Below are positions 19,399 to 28,481 of a stretch of DNA of 64,000 bases, in pieces. The notes beneath the pieces were generated by a model, which was given only the letters and a program-made list of their open reading frames with translations, ran no database searches and was not told where the DNA came from. The stretch's first letter is position 1. Each line of letters opens with the position of its first letter. A program made the position numbers and the translations under genes. This DNA is from Ostreococcus lucimarinus (lineage: Eukaryota): assembly GCA_000092065.1 (NCBI GenBank), contig CP000600.1; one strand, written 5' to 3'.

Positions 19399-20745
19399 AT
19401 GCCGACGGCGCGCGCGACGCGCGACGAGGACGCGTCGCTCGTGACGCTCGCCGCGCGCGCGACGGCGGGATCGGCGCGGTCGCGGTACGACGCGGCGCGA
19501 GCGACGCTCGGGATGATGACGGGGGAGTGGGACGCGAGGACGCGCGCGGGGGGGAAGAAGACGACGACGGCGCGAGAGCGAAGACGCGCGACGACGCGCG
19601 GGAACGCGGCGCGACGGGAGGGCGGGAAAGGGAACGCGAACGGTGACACGGGGTTGGGGCCGAATCCGTACGAGACGCTGCGGAAGAAATCGAGCGCGGT
19701 GTTGTTCGAGAACGAAGTCGCGTCGAGCGCGCGCGAGGTGGCGACGGCGCGGCGACGCGCGGCGGAGGAGTTGCGCGCGAGCGGATCGAAGAGAGACGCG
19801 ACGAAGGAGGAGAGGGAGGCGTTGATGCGGGCGGAAGAGTCGTTGGTGAAGGCAGAGAGGGCCGCGCGCGAGGTTGAGCGCGCGGCGAAGGCGGAGGCGG
19901 CGCGCGCGGCGAAGGAAGCGGCGGCGGCTGAGAAAGCCGCCGCGGCGGCATCGCGTTCGAGCGCCGCGCCGTCTTCGTCGTCTTCGTCGTCGAAACGATC
20001 CGCGGTTCGAGCGTCGAGCGACGGAAGAGCCACGGATAACGCGATGGGCGTCGTCGTCGAGGTTGGCAAGTTTGTCCTCCCAGCCGTCGTCGCGTGGTTC
20101 GCGCGTCAGCCGACGGTGAGGAAGCTTCGCACGGATTTGAACGCGATGACGACGGCGAAAATTCGCGCGGCGTTGGAAGCGACGAAGCTGCGCGCGCAAC
20201 TCGTCGAACTACGCGAGAAACTCGCCCTGGCCGAGGCTGAATCCGCCGACGTGCAGGCGGCGTCGGAAAAATTGATGACGCGCCGAAACTCCGTCAAGGA
20301 GGTGAAGTGCAAACAAATGGCGGTCGATCACGTGAACTTGGTCAAGAAGGTTCGAGCCGAAGCCGCGAAGGACGTTTCGGACGCCAAGGCCCTGGAAATA
20401 GGCGCGAGATGGCGCGAAGAAGCGTGTAGACGCATGAAGAATCGCGCCGTAGCCGAGGCGGAGACGCTGCGAGCGCAAATCGCCGCGTTGGAAAAGAAGG
20501 TAGACGACTTGGAGCACAAGCGGCACGCGGAGAACGTCGAGGCGGTAAAGAACACCGTGGTCGGGGGATTCGATAAAATCAAGTCGCTCGCGAAACACGC
20601 GTCGATGAAGATCGGCAAGAAGAAAAATGTGACGGAAGCCATCGAACACTTGGCGCCCCTCGCGGTCGAGGCGTCCTCGGGCGACGCGCGAGCGAACCGA
20701 CGGAAAGCGAAGGGAAAGAGCAAGAGCAAGAGCAAGAGCAAGTAG
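19399..20745 (+). CDS. hypothetical coiled-coil protein with C-terminal KS repeats
   Basis: 448 aa. Long Ala/Glu/Lys/Arg heptad-like region. One predicted TM-like stretch (VVVEVGKFVLPAVVAWFA). Ends in (KS)n encoded by (AAGAGC)n. Confidence 0.45.
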   Translation: MPTARATRDEDASLVTLAARATAGSARSRYDAARATLGMMTGEWDARTRAGGKKTTTARERRRATTRGNAARREGGKGNANGDTGLGPNPYETLRKKSSAVLFENEVASSAREVATARRRAAEELRASGSKRDATKEEREALMRAEESLVKAERAAREVERAAKAEAARAAKEAAAAEKAAAAASRSSAAPSSSSSSSKRSAVRASSDGRATDNAMGVVVEVGKFVLPAVVAWFARQPTVRKLRTDLNAMTTAKIRAALEATKLRAQLVELREKLALAEAESADVQAASEKLMTRRNSVKEVKCKQMAVDHVNLVKKVRAEAAKDVSDAKALEIGARWREEACRRMKNRAVAEAETLRAQIAALEKKVDDLEHKRHAENVEAVKNTVVGGFDKIKSLAKHASMKIGKKKNVTEAIEHLAPLAVEASSGDARANRRKAKGKSKSKSKSK

Positions 20746-20877
20746 CGCCGCGTATTTGTTTGTTTGTAATCATCGTCATATGTTATTGGGAAAGTGATTT
20801 GTTTACAGTTGACTTGAGGGGGCGCGCGCTAAAAGTTGGTGGAACATCGTCTGGTGGAATCGTCTGGTGAAGCGAAG

Positions 20878-21900
20878 TCAAGGCAGCGTTTTGATCGTGC
20901 CCGCGTCGCCGAGCTCGCGGAGTCGAGTGAGGAACCGCAATACTTCACCCGAGTCGCGCAGGCTAAACTTGGCCGCGCTCACCTTGGGTGAGCTCGACAC
21001 CAGAAGTCCCACGCCCAAGTGATCGCCCAATTCTTCGTTAATCTCCATAAACGCGTCCTCATCCGTGACGTCGTCGCCGATGTAAATTGTGAAGACGTCT
21101 TCGGGTCTGAACCCCTTCTCGCTCAAGTCTGGGAGCAGGGCGTCTCGCAGGTACGACAGCGCCTTACCCTTATCCCACGCCACGCGTGGCCGAACCTCCC
21201 AAACCATCTTACCGTCGTGCTTGATCAAGCACTCCTCCGAGGCGCAAATCTCATCCACGACGGCTTCGACGCGAGGCCTGAGCTCTTCCGAAACCGCGCG
21301 GTAGTGCGCCGAGACGCAAAACATGTTGTGCTCGATGTTCGTCCCCGGAATGTCCGCACACTTTTCGATCAACTCCTTCGTCACGCGATCCATCACGTCG
21401 CGCGCCCACTGCGCGGGTTGATGCGCCAATTTCTTCTCAATCGGCTCGCCATCCGTCGTCGTCTTCGGCCCCGCGATGTCCAACCCGTGCGACCCGGCGT
21501 AGTACAACTCGTCCAGCTTTACGAACTGCGACACCTTCTGCCTCGATCTACCGCTGATGATCGCCGTGGGAAACCTTTTCGCGCACTGCCGCACCGCTTC
21601 CCGCATCTCGTCGCTCATGAACGCCTTATCCGGCTCCGGCACGATTGGCGCCAGCGTCCCGTCGTAGTCTAAAAACACCGTCAACAGTTTCCCCTCCGCC
21701 GCGTCGACAAACTTGTTTTCCTCGTCGCACGCGTTCGGGTGATACCCTCGCCACTCCTCCTCATCGTTCCAATACTTTTCAATCATCCCGATCGAATCGC
21801 TTCGCTTCATTCCCTGCTCCGCGCGCGGCATCTTTCCGAACGGCGGCCCCCGCGTGCGCACCTCCAGCGGCCCCCCGCGCGACATGTCCTTGTACGACAT
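20878..21900 (-). CDS. TPP: trehalose-6-phosphate phosphatase (HAD superfamily)
   Basis: HAD motifs FLDYDGTLAPIV (motif I), ISGRS (II) and GDDVTDEDAF (IV), plus a TPP-specific YAGSHG. ATG at 21900-21898 on the minus strand (MSYKDMSRG...). Confidence 0.85.
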   Translation of the reverse strand: MSYKDMSRGGPLEVRTRGPPFGKMPRAEQGMKRSDSIGMIEKYWNDEEEWRGYHPNACDEENKFVDAAEGKLLTVFLDYDGTLAPIVPEPDKAFMSDEMREAVRQCAKRFPTAIISGRSRQKVSQFVKLDELYYAGSHGLDIAGPKTTTDGEPIEKKLAHQPAQWARDVMDRVTKELIEKCADIPGTNIEHNMFCVSAHYRAVSEELRPRVEAVVDEICASEECLIKHDGKMVWEVRPRVAWDKGKALSYLRDALLPDLSEKGFRPEDVFTIYIGDDVTDEDAFMEINEELGDHLGVGLLVSSSPKVSAAKFSLRDSGEVLRFLTRLRELGDAGTIKTLP

Positions 21901-22199
21901 CGCGCGCGCGCGCTTCGCGCGTCCGCGCACGCGTCCGCGCGCGCCGTTCGCGAGGGACGACCGCGCTCACGTCGAGCCTCGCCGAGATCGTCCCTCGCGT
22001 CGATATCGCGCCGTCCGTCGCGGAAACGAATCGAATCGACGGTCGATCGATCGTTCGTTCGCGATCGATCGACGACGCGCGGGCGAATCGAATCGATCGT
22101 TCGCGTTCGACCGCGCGCCGATCGCGACGATAAAACGGCGCGCGAAACCACCGAATCGAACGCGCGCGCGCGATCGAACGCCGCGCGCGCGTCTCTGAC

Positions 22200-22230
22200 G
22201 GATGGATGGATGGATGGATGGATGGATGGA
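22200..22230. repeat. (GATG)n / (GGAT)n tetranucleotide microsatellite, ~7.5 units
   Basis: gatggatggatggatggatggatggatgga. In one frame it encodes MDGWMDGW. Confidence 0.9.
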
Positions 22231-23183
22231 ATCGCCCGTCGCCGTCGACCGCGCGCGTCTCTCGTCGACGCGACGCCCGCGCGCGACGCTCGAAACGTCG
22301 ACGATCCGGGATCGCGATCCGTAACGCGATCCGTGACGCGACACGACGCGGACGCGATACCGATTCATCCATCGATCCATCCGCGTCTCTGATTCGTCGT
22401 CGACGGATCGAGCGTCGCGCGGCGCGTCGCGCGCGTCGTTCGATGCGGCGATTCGCGACGACGCGCGCGGCGTCGTCGCGCGAGGCGTCGACGTCGCGCG
22501 CCGCGAGCGACGCGCGCGACGCGCGACGCGCGGACGTCGAGACGACGCGCGCGTTCGGGGGGGTGCTCGGGCTGCCGACGGCGGCGACGACGCGCGCGAC
22601 GGCGACGCGCGACGGCGGCGACGCGCGACGGAGCGTCGCGGTGACGACGGGGGGATTCGCGGGGGTCGGAGAGGCGCGAGCGCGCGCGGGGGGGGGGAGG
22701 GAGGCGGACGCGCGCGCGAGGACGACGGCGAGCGCGAGACGCGCGGGCGACGCGGGAGACGTCGTCGCGCGAGCGTACGCGCAGTTGGCGCAGTATCCGC
22801 GCGTGCTGTTGCCGACGATGGACGCGGCGGTGTACGTGAACGCGAAGCAGTACGACGCCATCGTGCGGCGGCGGCAGAAGCGCGCGAGGGCGAACGCGAC
22901 GAGGACGCCGGGCGTCGTCAACGCGAAACATCCGTCGCGGTCGGCGCACGCGAAGAACAGGATTCGCGGGAAGAATGGGAAATATTTGACCCGCGATGAA
23001 TTGCTGCGCGGGCTGGGGGGGCCCGAGGGACGGGCGCGCGCGGAGGCGCGCGAGCGAGAGATCGCCGAGCGCGAGGCGAAGCGCGTCGAACGCGCCGCGG
23101 TGCGGGAAGCCACCAAGGCGCGCGCGCGCGCGCAGCGCGCCGCCGCCGACGCCGTGCGCGCGGCGAAAAAATCTAGAAAGTGA
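22206..23183 (+). CDS. NFYA: CCAAT-binding factor subunit NF-YA (HAP2)
   Basis: The C-terminal core AVYVNAKQYDAIVRRRQKRAR...KHPSRSAHAKNRIRGKNGKYLTRDE matches the NF-YA subunit-association and DNA-binding helices (YVNAKQYHRILKRRQ / HESRHKHAMRRPRGPGGRFLT). The N-terminal extent is uncertain. The conserved core starts at Met 22817. The upstream in-frame region is Arg-rich low complexity beginning in the (GATG)n repeat. Confidence 0.65.
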   Translation: MDGWMDGWNRPSPSTARVSRRRDARARRSKRRRSGIAIRNAIRDATRRGRDTDSSIDPSASLIRRRRIERRAARRARRSMRRFATTRAASSREASTSRAASDARDARRADVETTRAFGGVLGLPTAATTRATATRDGGDARRSVAVTTGGFAGVGEARARAGGGREADARARTTASARRAGDAGDVVARAYAQLAQYPRVLLPTMDAAVYVNAKQYDAIVRRRQKRARANATRTPGVVNAKHPSRSAHAKNRIRGKNGKYLTRDELLRGLGGPEGRARAEAREREIAEREAKRVERAAVREATKARARAQRAAADAVRAAKKSRK

Positions 23184-23295
23184 GCGCGCGGCGCGGCGTC
23201 TCGCGGCGCGGTCGCCGACGCGCGCGGATTTGTAACGCGCGTTCGTCGTCTCGCCGCCGTCTCGCCGCGTCGTCCCGCAGACCTCGCCTCGCGCG

Positions 23296-24903
23296 ATGCC
23301 TCGCCCGCGCGCCGCGCGCCTCGCCGCGTTCGACGTCGCCGGCGTCGTCGCTCTCGTCGCCGTCGCCGCGGCGTGGTGCGTCGTCCTGTCCACGGCGTAC
23401 GGCGGCGAAAACCGCTGCGACATGAGCTACATGTACCCGAGTTTCTTCCCGGTGACGAACGTCGCGCTGGCGTCGCCCGCGCACGCGCTGTATCGCTACC
23501 GCGACGCGCGCGCGCGCGATGACGACGTCGACGATCGCGCGCGCGCGAGCGGCGACGCGAGCGCGTGCGTGGTGATCAACGTCTTCGTCCCGGGGACGGG
23601 GGGCGGTTACGGGCAAGCGCGAAGCGCGGCGAGCGGGACGCTCGAGAGCGAAGGATGCCGCGTCGAGCACTACGCCCTGGATTTCGCGGAAGAACTGAGC
23701 GCGTATAATGGAATGCTACTCGCGAGACAGGCGAAAAGCGTGGCGCGGGCGCTGGATGGGTTGAGGACGCTCGAGCGCGCGAGGACGGAAAGACGCGTCG
23801 TGGCGGGATGGAGCGTCGTGGGACACAGCGCGGGAGGATTGGCGGCGATGGAAGCCGCGGCGAGCGCTCTGGGAAGTGAGTTAGGGCTGACGATAGTGAA
23901 TCTAGCGACGCCGAGCGCGTGGAATCCGGTGAGTCTGACGTTGACGCAGCGCGCGCGAGAGGCGGGCGTGCGGCGACGTTGGCGAACGAGCGACGCGAGA
24001 CGGAGCGTGGCGCTCGTCAGCGTCGTCGGTGGCGAGCGCGATCGGCAGGTGAGCTCGAGCCCGATGGGTTTTGTCGATGATTGGGTAGAAGAAGGGCTCG
24101 GTGTGAGCGCGAGCGCGAGCACGGCGTCGCGGGTGGGCGTGTCGGCGGATCATCGATGCGCGGCTTGGTGCAAACAGTTAATCGTCGCGATCTCGCGTGG
24201 ATTCGCCGAGGCGTTTCCACGATCGAAGGTTCTCACCGCGCACCAGCGCGCGCGCGCGTTTCGCGACGCACTTGGTGATAAAGACGCGGCGCGCGCGCCG
24301 TCACCGACTTTCGGGGTGCCCGCGCGAGCGTACGAGGCGACGCAAGAGCGCACGCCGAGCGCTCTGGCGGGCGTCGTCGCCAACGTATTAGCGCCGCGGT
24401 CGGTGATGAGCGCCTTCGCGTTCGCGCTCATCGCACACGCAGCATCACCGAGCATACTTCGTGAGCGCGTCGTGGAATCCGTGATCGCGTCGCTCGCGGT
24501 CTACGTCGCGAGTGGGTGGATAGCGAATCGCGCGTTCGACGTTCGCGGCGACGTCAGACGCGCGTTGACGACGTGCATGGTGCTCGCGCACGTCCCATCT
24601 CTCATCGCGTGGGCGCACCACGTTCTTCGCACCTTACCGACGTATGGTTTTCACGCATTGGTGCCGCCGTTCGGTGCGATGGACGCCGTCGCGCTCTGCT
24701 TCGCCGCGGCGTCGACGCGTTTCGGCGCCATCGCTCGCGATCAGTCGTCGGGCGCGTCGCGCGCACGTCAAGTCGCGTGGTGTCTCGCCGCCGGCGCCGC
24801 CGCACCGGGCAACGTCGGTCTCATCCACATCGCCGGCGCCGTCGTTCACTGCGCGGAGACGCTCCGTCTTCCTCGCGCGTCGCTGCCGAAGAAAGTCGCG
24901 TGA
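23296..24903 (+). CDS. GPI inositol-deacylase PGAP1/Bst1-like
   Basis: N-terminal TM helix, then the CDMSYMYPSF motif. Lipase-like GHSAGG nucleophile elbow (VVGHSAGGLAA). Multiple C-terminal TM helices, as in PGAP1. Confidence 0.65.
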   Translation: MPRPRAARLAAFDVAGVVALVAVAAAWCVVLSTAYGGENRCDMSYMYPSFFPVTNVALASPAHALYRYRDARARDDDVDDRARASGDASACVVINVFVPGTGGGYGQARSAASGTLESEGCRVEHYALDFAEELSAYNGMLLARQAKSVARALDGLRTLERARTERRVVAGWSVVGHSAGGLAAMEAAASALGSELGLTIVNLATPSAWNPVSLTLTQRAREAGVRRRWRTSDARRSVALVSVVGGERDRQVSSSPMGFVDDWVEEGLGVSASASTASRVGVSADHRCAAWCKQLIVAISRGFAEAFPRSKVLTAHQRARAFRDALGDKDAARAPSPTFGVPARAYEATQERTPSALAGVVANVLAPRSVMSAFAFALIAHAASPSILRERVVESVIASLAVYVASGWIANRAFDVRGDVRRALTTCMVLAHVPSLIAWAHHVLRTLPTYGFHALVPPFGAMDAVALCFAAASTRFGAIARDQSSGASRARQVAWCLAAGAAAPGNVGLIHIAGAVVHCAETLRLPRASLPKKVA

Positions 24904-25135
24904 AGTGGCGAAGTCGCCTCGCGTCGACGATTTGCTCGACGCGACATTAGACGTACACATTAGACGCGCCATCACGACCGATGGCGCCTCGAAGGACTGA
25001 AAGTAGAACATAGACATAGAACTACGAGCGTTTCATCGTCCCTGAATCGACGCTCCGCGTGAAACATCCGCCGCGGCGTCCGTCGCCTCCGTAAAGCGCC
25101 GCCTCGCGCGTCTCGCGCCGCACAGCGCGCCTCGC

Positions 25136-26377
25136 ATGTTCGCCCGCGCGCGCGCCCTCGCCCTCACCGGCGCCGCGGCCGCGACCGCGACGATGCCGCT
25201 CGTCTCGCACGCGCGCGCGCGCGACGACGCGCGACGCGTCGCGCGCGCGCCGCCCCACGACGCGCGCGAGCTCCTGCTCGTCCAAGCCGTCTTCAGACAC
25301 GGCGACCGCACGCCCATCGCCGGCCTCGGCGCCGGACTCGAGGACCTCGAAGAGACGTGGCGACGATTACTGCCGTCCGCGGCGGACGAAGAGCGGCTGC
25401 GTCGGCTCGCGCGCGTGCGGTCGGAGATGGAGGCGACGTGCGTCCCGCGAGGCGCCGGCGGTTGGGAGGGACGGCTGACGACGCGAGGCGCGACGCAGAT
25501 GCGAGCGTTCGGACGAGAGATCATACGAGAGTGGTTGATCGCGCAAGAGTTTTTGTCGAACGATTTCGCGCGCGCGGTGGCGAAAGGAGAGGTGAAGGTG
25601 CGGTCGACGGCGGCGTCGAGGTGCGTGGCGAGCGCGGCGAACGCGCTCGCGGGCGGATGGCCGGATGCGTGGGAAAACGGTGGTGGAGGCTCGCCTTTGA
25701 TCATCGAGGTTCGAGAGAAAGAGCGAGAGACGATGTTTCCGAAACCGGGATCGGCGTGCGATAGGCTGAGTGAGGTATTTCGAGGCGCGATGGCGTCGAA
25801 CGACGAAAAGTTTACGCACGACGAGACGTTGGCTCGCTTGCGCGAGTCGATCGAAACGGCGCGGGAGAAAAAGGCGGGGTTGCTGGAAGTATGGGACCCA
25901 CTGCAATGTCGCATCAATCACGATTTGCCCCTGCCGCGCGGCGTGACGAAAGATCAAGTGCGGTCTTTGTTGACGATGATGGAGGACAGACATTTCGCGA
26001 CGTTCACGAGCCCGCTCGCGAACGGCATCATGGGTACGCAACTGCTCCGTGAAATTTGCGAAGAAATGGGCGAACACGGCGGAAAAGTCAAGCTAAGTCT
26101 TTACGCGGGTCATGATTCGACGATCATGGCGCTCTTCTCCGCGCTCGGGACGCTCGGATCGACGCTCACGACGTGGCCGCCTACGGGAAGTTCGTTGATT
26201 TTCGAGACGTGGCGCATGAAGGATGGATCCGTCGGCGTGCGCGCGGTGTATAACGGCGAGCCTATGGCGTTGACGCCGAAATCGCGCGAACGCGATGGAT
26301 TGACCTCGTACGCGGACTTCAAGGCGTACGTGAAGACGCGCGTGCCGGAAGACTACGTCGCCGCTTGCAAACTCTAG
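25136..26377 (+). CDS. histidine acid phosphatase (branch 2, lysosomal/prostatic acid phosphatase-like)
   Basis: RHGDRTP catalytic motif (LVQAVFRHGDRTPI) and a C-terminal HD motif (LYAGHDSTIMAL). N-terminal presequence or signal-like region. Confidence 0.8.
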   Translation: MFARARALALTGAAAATATMPLVSHARARDDARRVARAPPHDARELLLVQAVFRHGDRTPIAGLGAGLEDLEETWRRLLPSAADEERLRRLARVRSEMEATCVPRGAGGWEGRLTTRGATQMRAFGREIIREWLIAQEFLSNDFARAVAKGEVKVRSTAASRCVASAANALAGGWPDAWENGGGGSPLIIEVREKERETMFPKPGSACDRLSEVFRGAMASNDEKFTHDETLARLRESIETAREKKAGLLEVWDPLQCRINHDLPLPRGVTKDQVRSLLTMMEDRHFATFTSPLANGIMGTQLLREICEEMGEHGGKVKLSLYAGHDSTIMALFSALGTLGSTLTTWPPTGSSLIFETWRMKDGSVGVRAVYNGEPMALTPKSRERDGLTSYADFKAYVKTRVPEDYVAACKL

Positions 26378-26426
26378 TTTATCCTTCTCGTTGTCGCTAT
26401 CTTATTTCTTGCTATTGAATGTGTTG

Positions 26427-28328
26427 CTATTTCTTTTTCGTTTTCGCCTTCTTCACTTTCTTCGGAATTTTCGTCTTGCGCTTCTCCGCCGCCGCTTGCT
26501 TCTGCAACTTGGCCGCCGCCTTTCGTTCCGCCTTGACGGCGTCCTTGTCCACGACTTCCTTGGGGAATCTCCGTCTGCCCCCGCCATTCTCGGAATCCTC
26601 GTCGGAGTCCGATCCGTCTTCGCTGTCAAAATCGCCCGATTCGTCGTCGTTTTCGTCCTCCTCGTCTTCGTCCTCGTCCACGACGTCGAGTTTCTTCGTC
26701 ATCAACAGCGTCGGCGTCGTGCGCACGCTGCTCAAATCGTCCGCCATGCCTGTGATGGTTTGATAATAAATTCCTTCGCTCTCTCCTTTGCCTTGAATCA
26801 AGCGCTTTTGATCGCGCTCAAACAGATCGACTTCGTCCAGAGCGCGCGGAATAAACGCCTGATGGAACACGTTGGCTTGAATCTCAGCCTCGGCGCGGCG
26901 TTCCATCATCTCGTCGTCGAACTGGGAGTCGGGATCGGCCGAGTTCAGCGCGTTGAGCTGGGCGTTTACGCGCTTGAGTTCAACCGCGTGCTCCTCCGCG
27001 GACTCACTCAGCGCCTCGAGCACGGCCTCCATGTTGTCATCGTTGATCGCCGGGTCGGTGACAAAGTCGAACAATTCGCGAACCGTCGGCACGGCGACGT
27101 CTTGCTTGGCGAAGTATTGAATCACGTGAAGCAAATCTTCGCGCAGGAACTCCAAGCACCGCGGGTGGTCCTGATCGACGCTTTGCGAGACGTCGATGAT
27201 CCAAATGTGTCCGTCGTGAAACAACAAGTTGTACTCGCTCAGATCCGCGTGCACGAGACGACACTTTTGGTACATCATGCGCACGTCGACGATGAGTTCG
27301 GTGAATAACGAACGCATCTTCTTGACTGATATGTCCGCATCTCGCAATCGCGGCGCGGCGATGCCATCGTTCCCGATGAATTCCATCACCAAGACGTGCG
27401 AGCGAAGCATCTCCACCGCGGGCACGCGCAAGCCCGCCTCCTTCAACCGAATCAAGTTCCGCATCTCCTTCTCCGCCCACGTCTGCACCATTTTCCGCGG
27501 ATTCTTCTTTGAATACCCATTCCGCCATCTCCAATCCCCGCTGACGTATCTATCGCGATCCTTGAACACTAAAATTGACGTCTTATACACCTTGACCGCG
27601 AAGTCCGTCACTTCTCTCGCGCCAGTTTCCCCGACGACGACGTCTTTTCGCGCGTGATACACGTTCGCCTCCTTCCCCGTCGACACGCATCCGTGAATCT
27701 CCGTGAACGTCTCCCTGGACAGCATCTTGAACAAAATCAACATCGTCCGCGGATCCAACGCTTGCTCCACCGTCGCGCGGTCTTCCTTATCCTTATTCAA
27801 CGACATCGATTTATCCTCCTTCCGTCTCGCCTCTTTCATCGCGTTCGTCACCTTGGTCTCCGCGCGCGTCGTCCTCGTCGTCCTCGCGCCCGCGCCCGCG
27901 CCCGCGTCGCCGCCGTTCGCGCTTTTCCCTTTCCCTCCAGCGAACGTCACCGCGCGCGTCCTGTTCCCCGCCCCCCCGTTCGCGTTCGGCCTCGCCACGT
28001 TCGCTCGCGTGAGCTTCGCCGCCGCCGACCCCGGCGCCGCGCGCGCGTCCCGCGTCGACGCCTCCCCCCTGTGCGCGCGCATGTCATCCAGCGCGTCCAG
28101 CGCGTCTAAGCGATCGTTCACGTCGTCGTCGTACGCCTCGTCGTCGTCGCGCGCCTCGTCGTGCGCCGTCCAGCCGTCGTTTTCGTCGTTTTCGTCGTCC
28201 TCGTCCGCGGCGGCGGCGTCAAAAACCTCGCGCGTGCGCCCCGACAGCGCCTCGCGAATCGCCAGAAGCGCGTCCTCGCGCTCGCGCATCGCGTTAGCTT
28301 CGTCCTCGACCGCGGTGCGCGGCTCCAT
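26427..28328 (-). CDS. RIOK1: serine/threonine-protein kinase RIO1
   Basis: RIO1 signatures ISTGKEANVYHA and LVHADLSEYNLL, flexible-loop region, acidic N- and C-termini, KKK tail. ATG at 28328-28326 (MEPRTAVEDE...). The upstream part of the six-frame ORF is antisense to PRP4 and was excluded. Confidence 0.85.
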   Translation of the reverse strand: MEPRTAVEDEANAMREREDALLAIREALSGRTREVFDAAAADEDDENDENDGWTAHDEARDDDEAYDDDVNDRLDALDALDDMRAHRGEASTRDARAAPGSAAAKLTRANVARPNANGGAGNRTRAVTFAGGKGKSANGGDAGAGAGARTTRTTRAETKVTNAMKEARRKEDKSMSLNKDKEDRATVEQALDPRTMLILFKMLSRETFTEIHGCVSTGKEANVYHARKDVVVGETGAREVTDFAVKVYKTSILVFKDRDRYVSGDWRWRNGYSKKNPRKMVQTWAEKEMRNLIRLKEAGLRVPAVEMLRSHVLVMEFIGNDGIAAPRLRDADISVKKMRSLFTELIVDVRMMYQKCRLVHADLSEYNLLFHDGHIWIIDVSQSVDQDHPRCLEFLREDLLHVIQYFAKQDVAVPTVRELFDFVTDPAINDDNMEAVLEALSESAEEHAVELKRVNAQLNALNSADPDSQFDDEMMERRAEAEIQANVFHQAFIPRALDEVDLFERDQKRLIQGKGESEGIYYQTITGMADDLSSVRTTPTLLMTKKLDVVDEDEDEEDENDDESGDFDSEDGSDSDEDSENGGGRRRFPKEVVDKDAVKAERKAAAKLQKQAAAEKRKTKIPKKVKKAKTKKK

Positions 28329-28481
28329 GACGCGTCGCGCGCGCGCGCGGGCGCGAAATGCGGCGACGGCGCGACCCGGCGAACGTCGAATCGGCACATC
28401 GCGCCGCGCGCGCCGTCGCCGGGACGCGCCGCTCGCGCCGTGGCGCGCGCGCGCGAGCGCGAACGCGACGCTCGACGCGCG

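Noticed and set aside
18083-20199. Multiple 300-530-aa overlapping ORFs on both strands around 18.1-20.2 kb
   Set aside because: They span the MscS 5' end, the 99-bp tandem repeats and the coiled-coil gene in wrong frames. Their repeated peptide segments derive from the DNA tandem repeat, not from protein repeats.
21779-23423. 445-aa and 352-aa minus-strand ORFs opposite the NF-YA region
   Set aside because: Extremely Arg/Ala-rich with no domain. The plus strand carries the recognisable NF-YA core.
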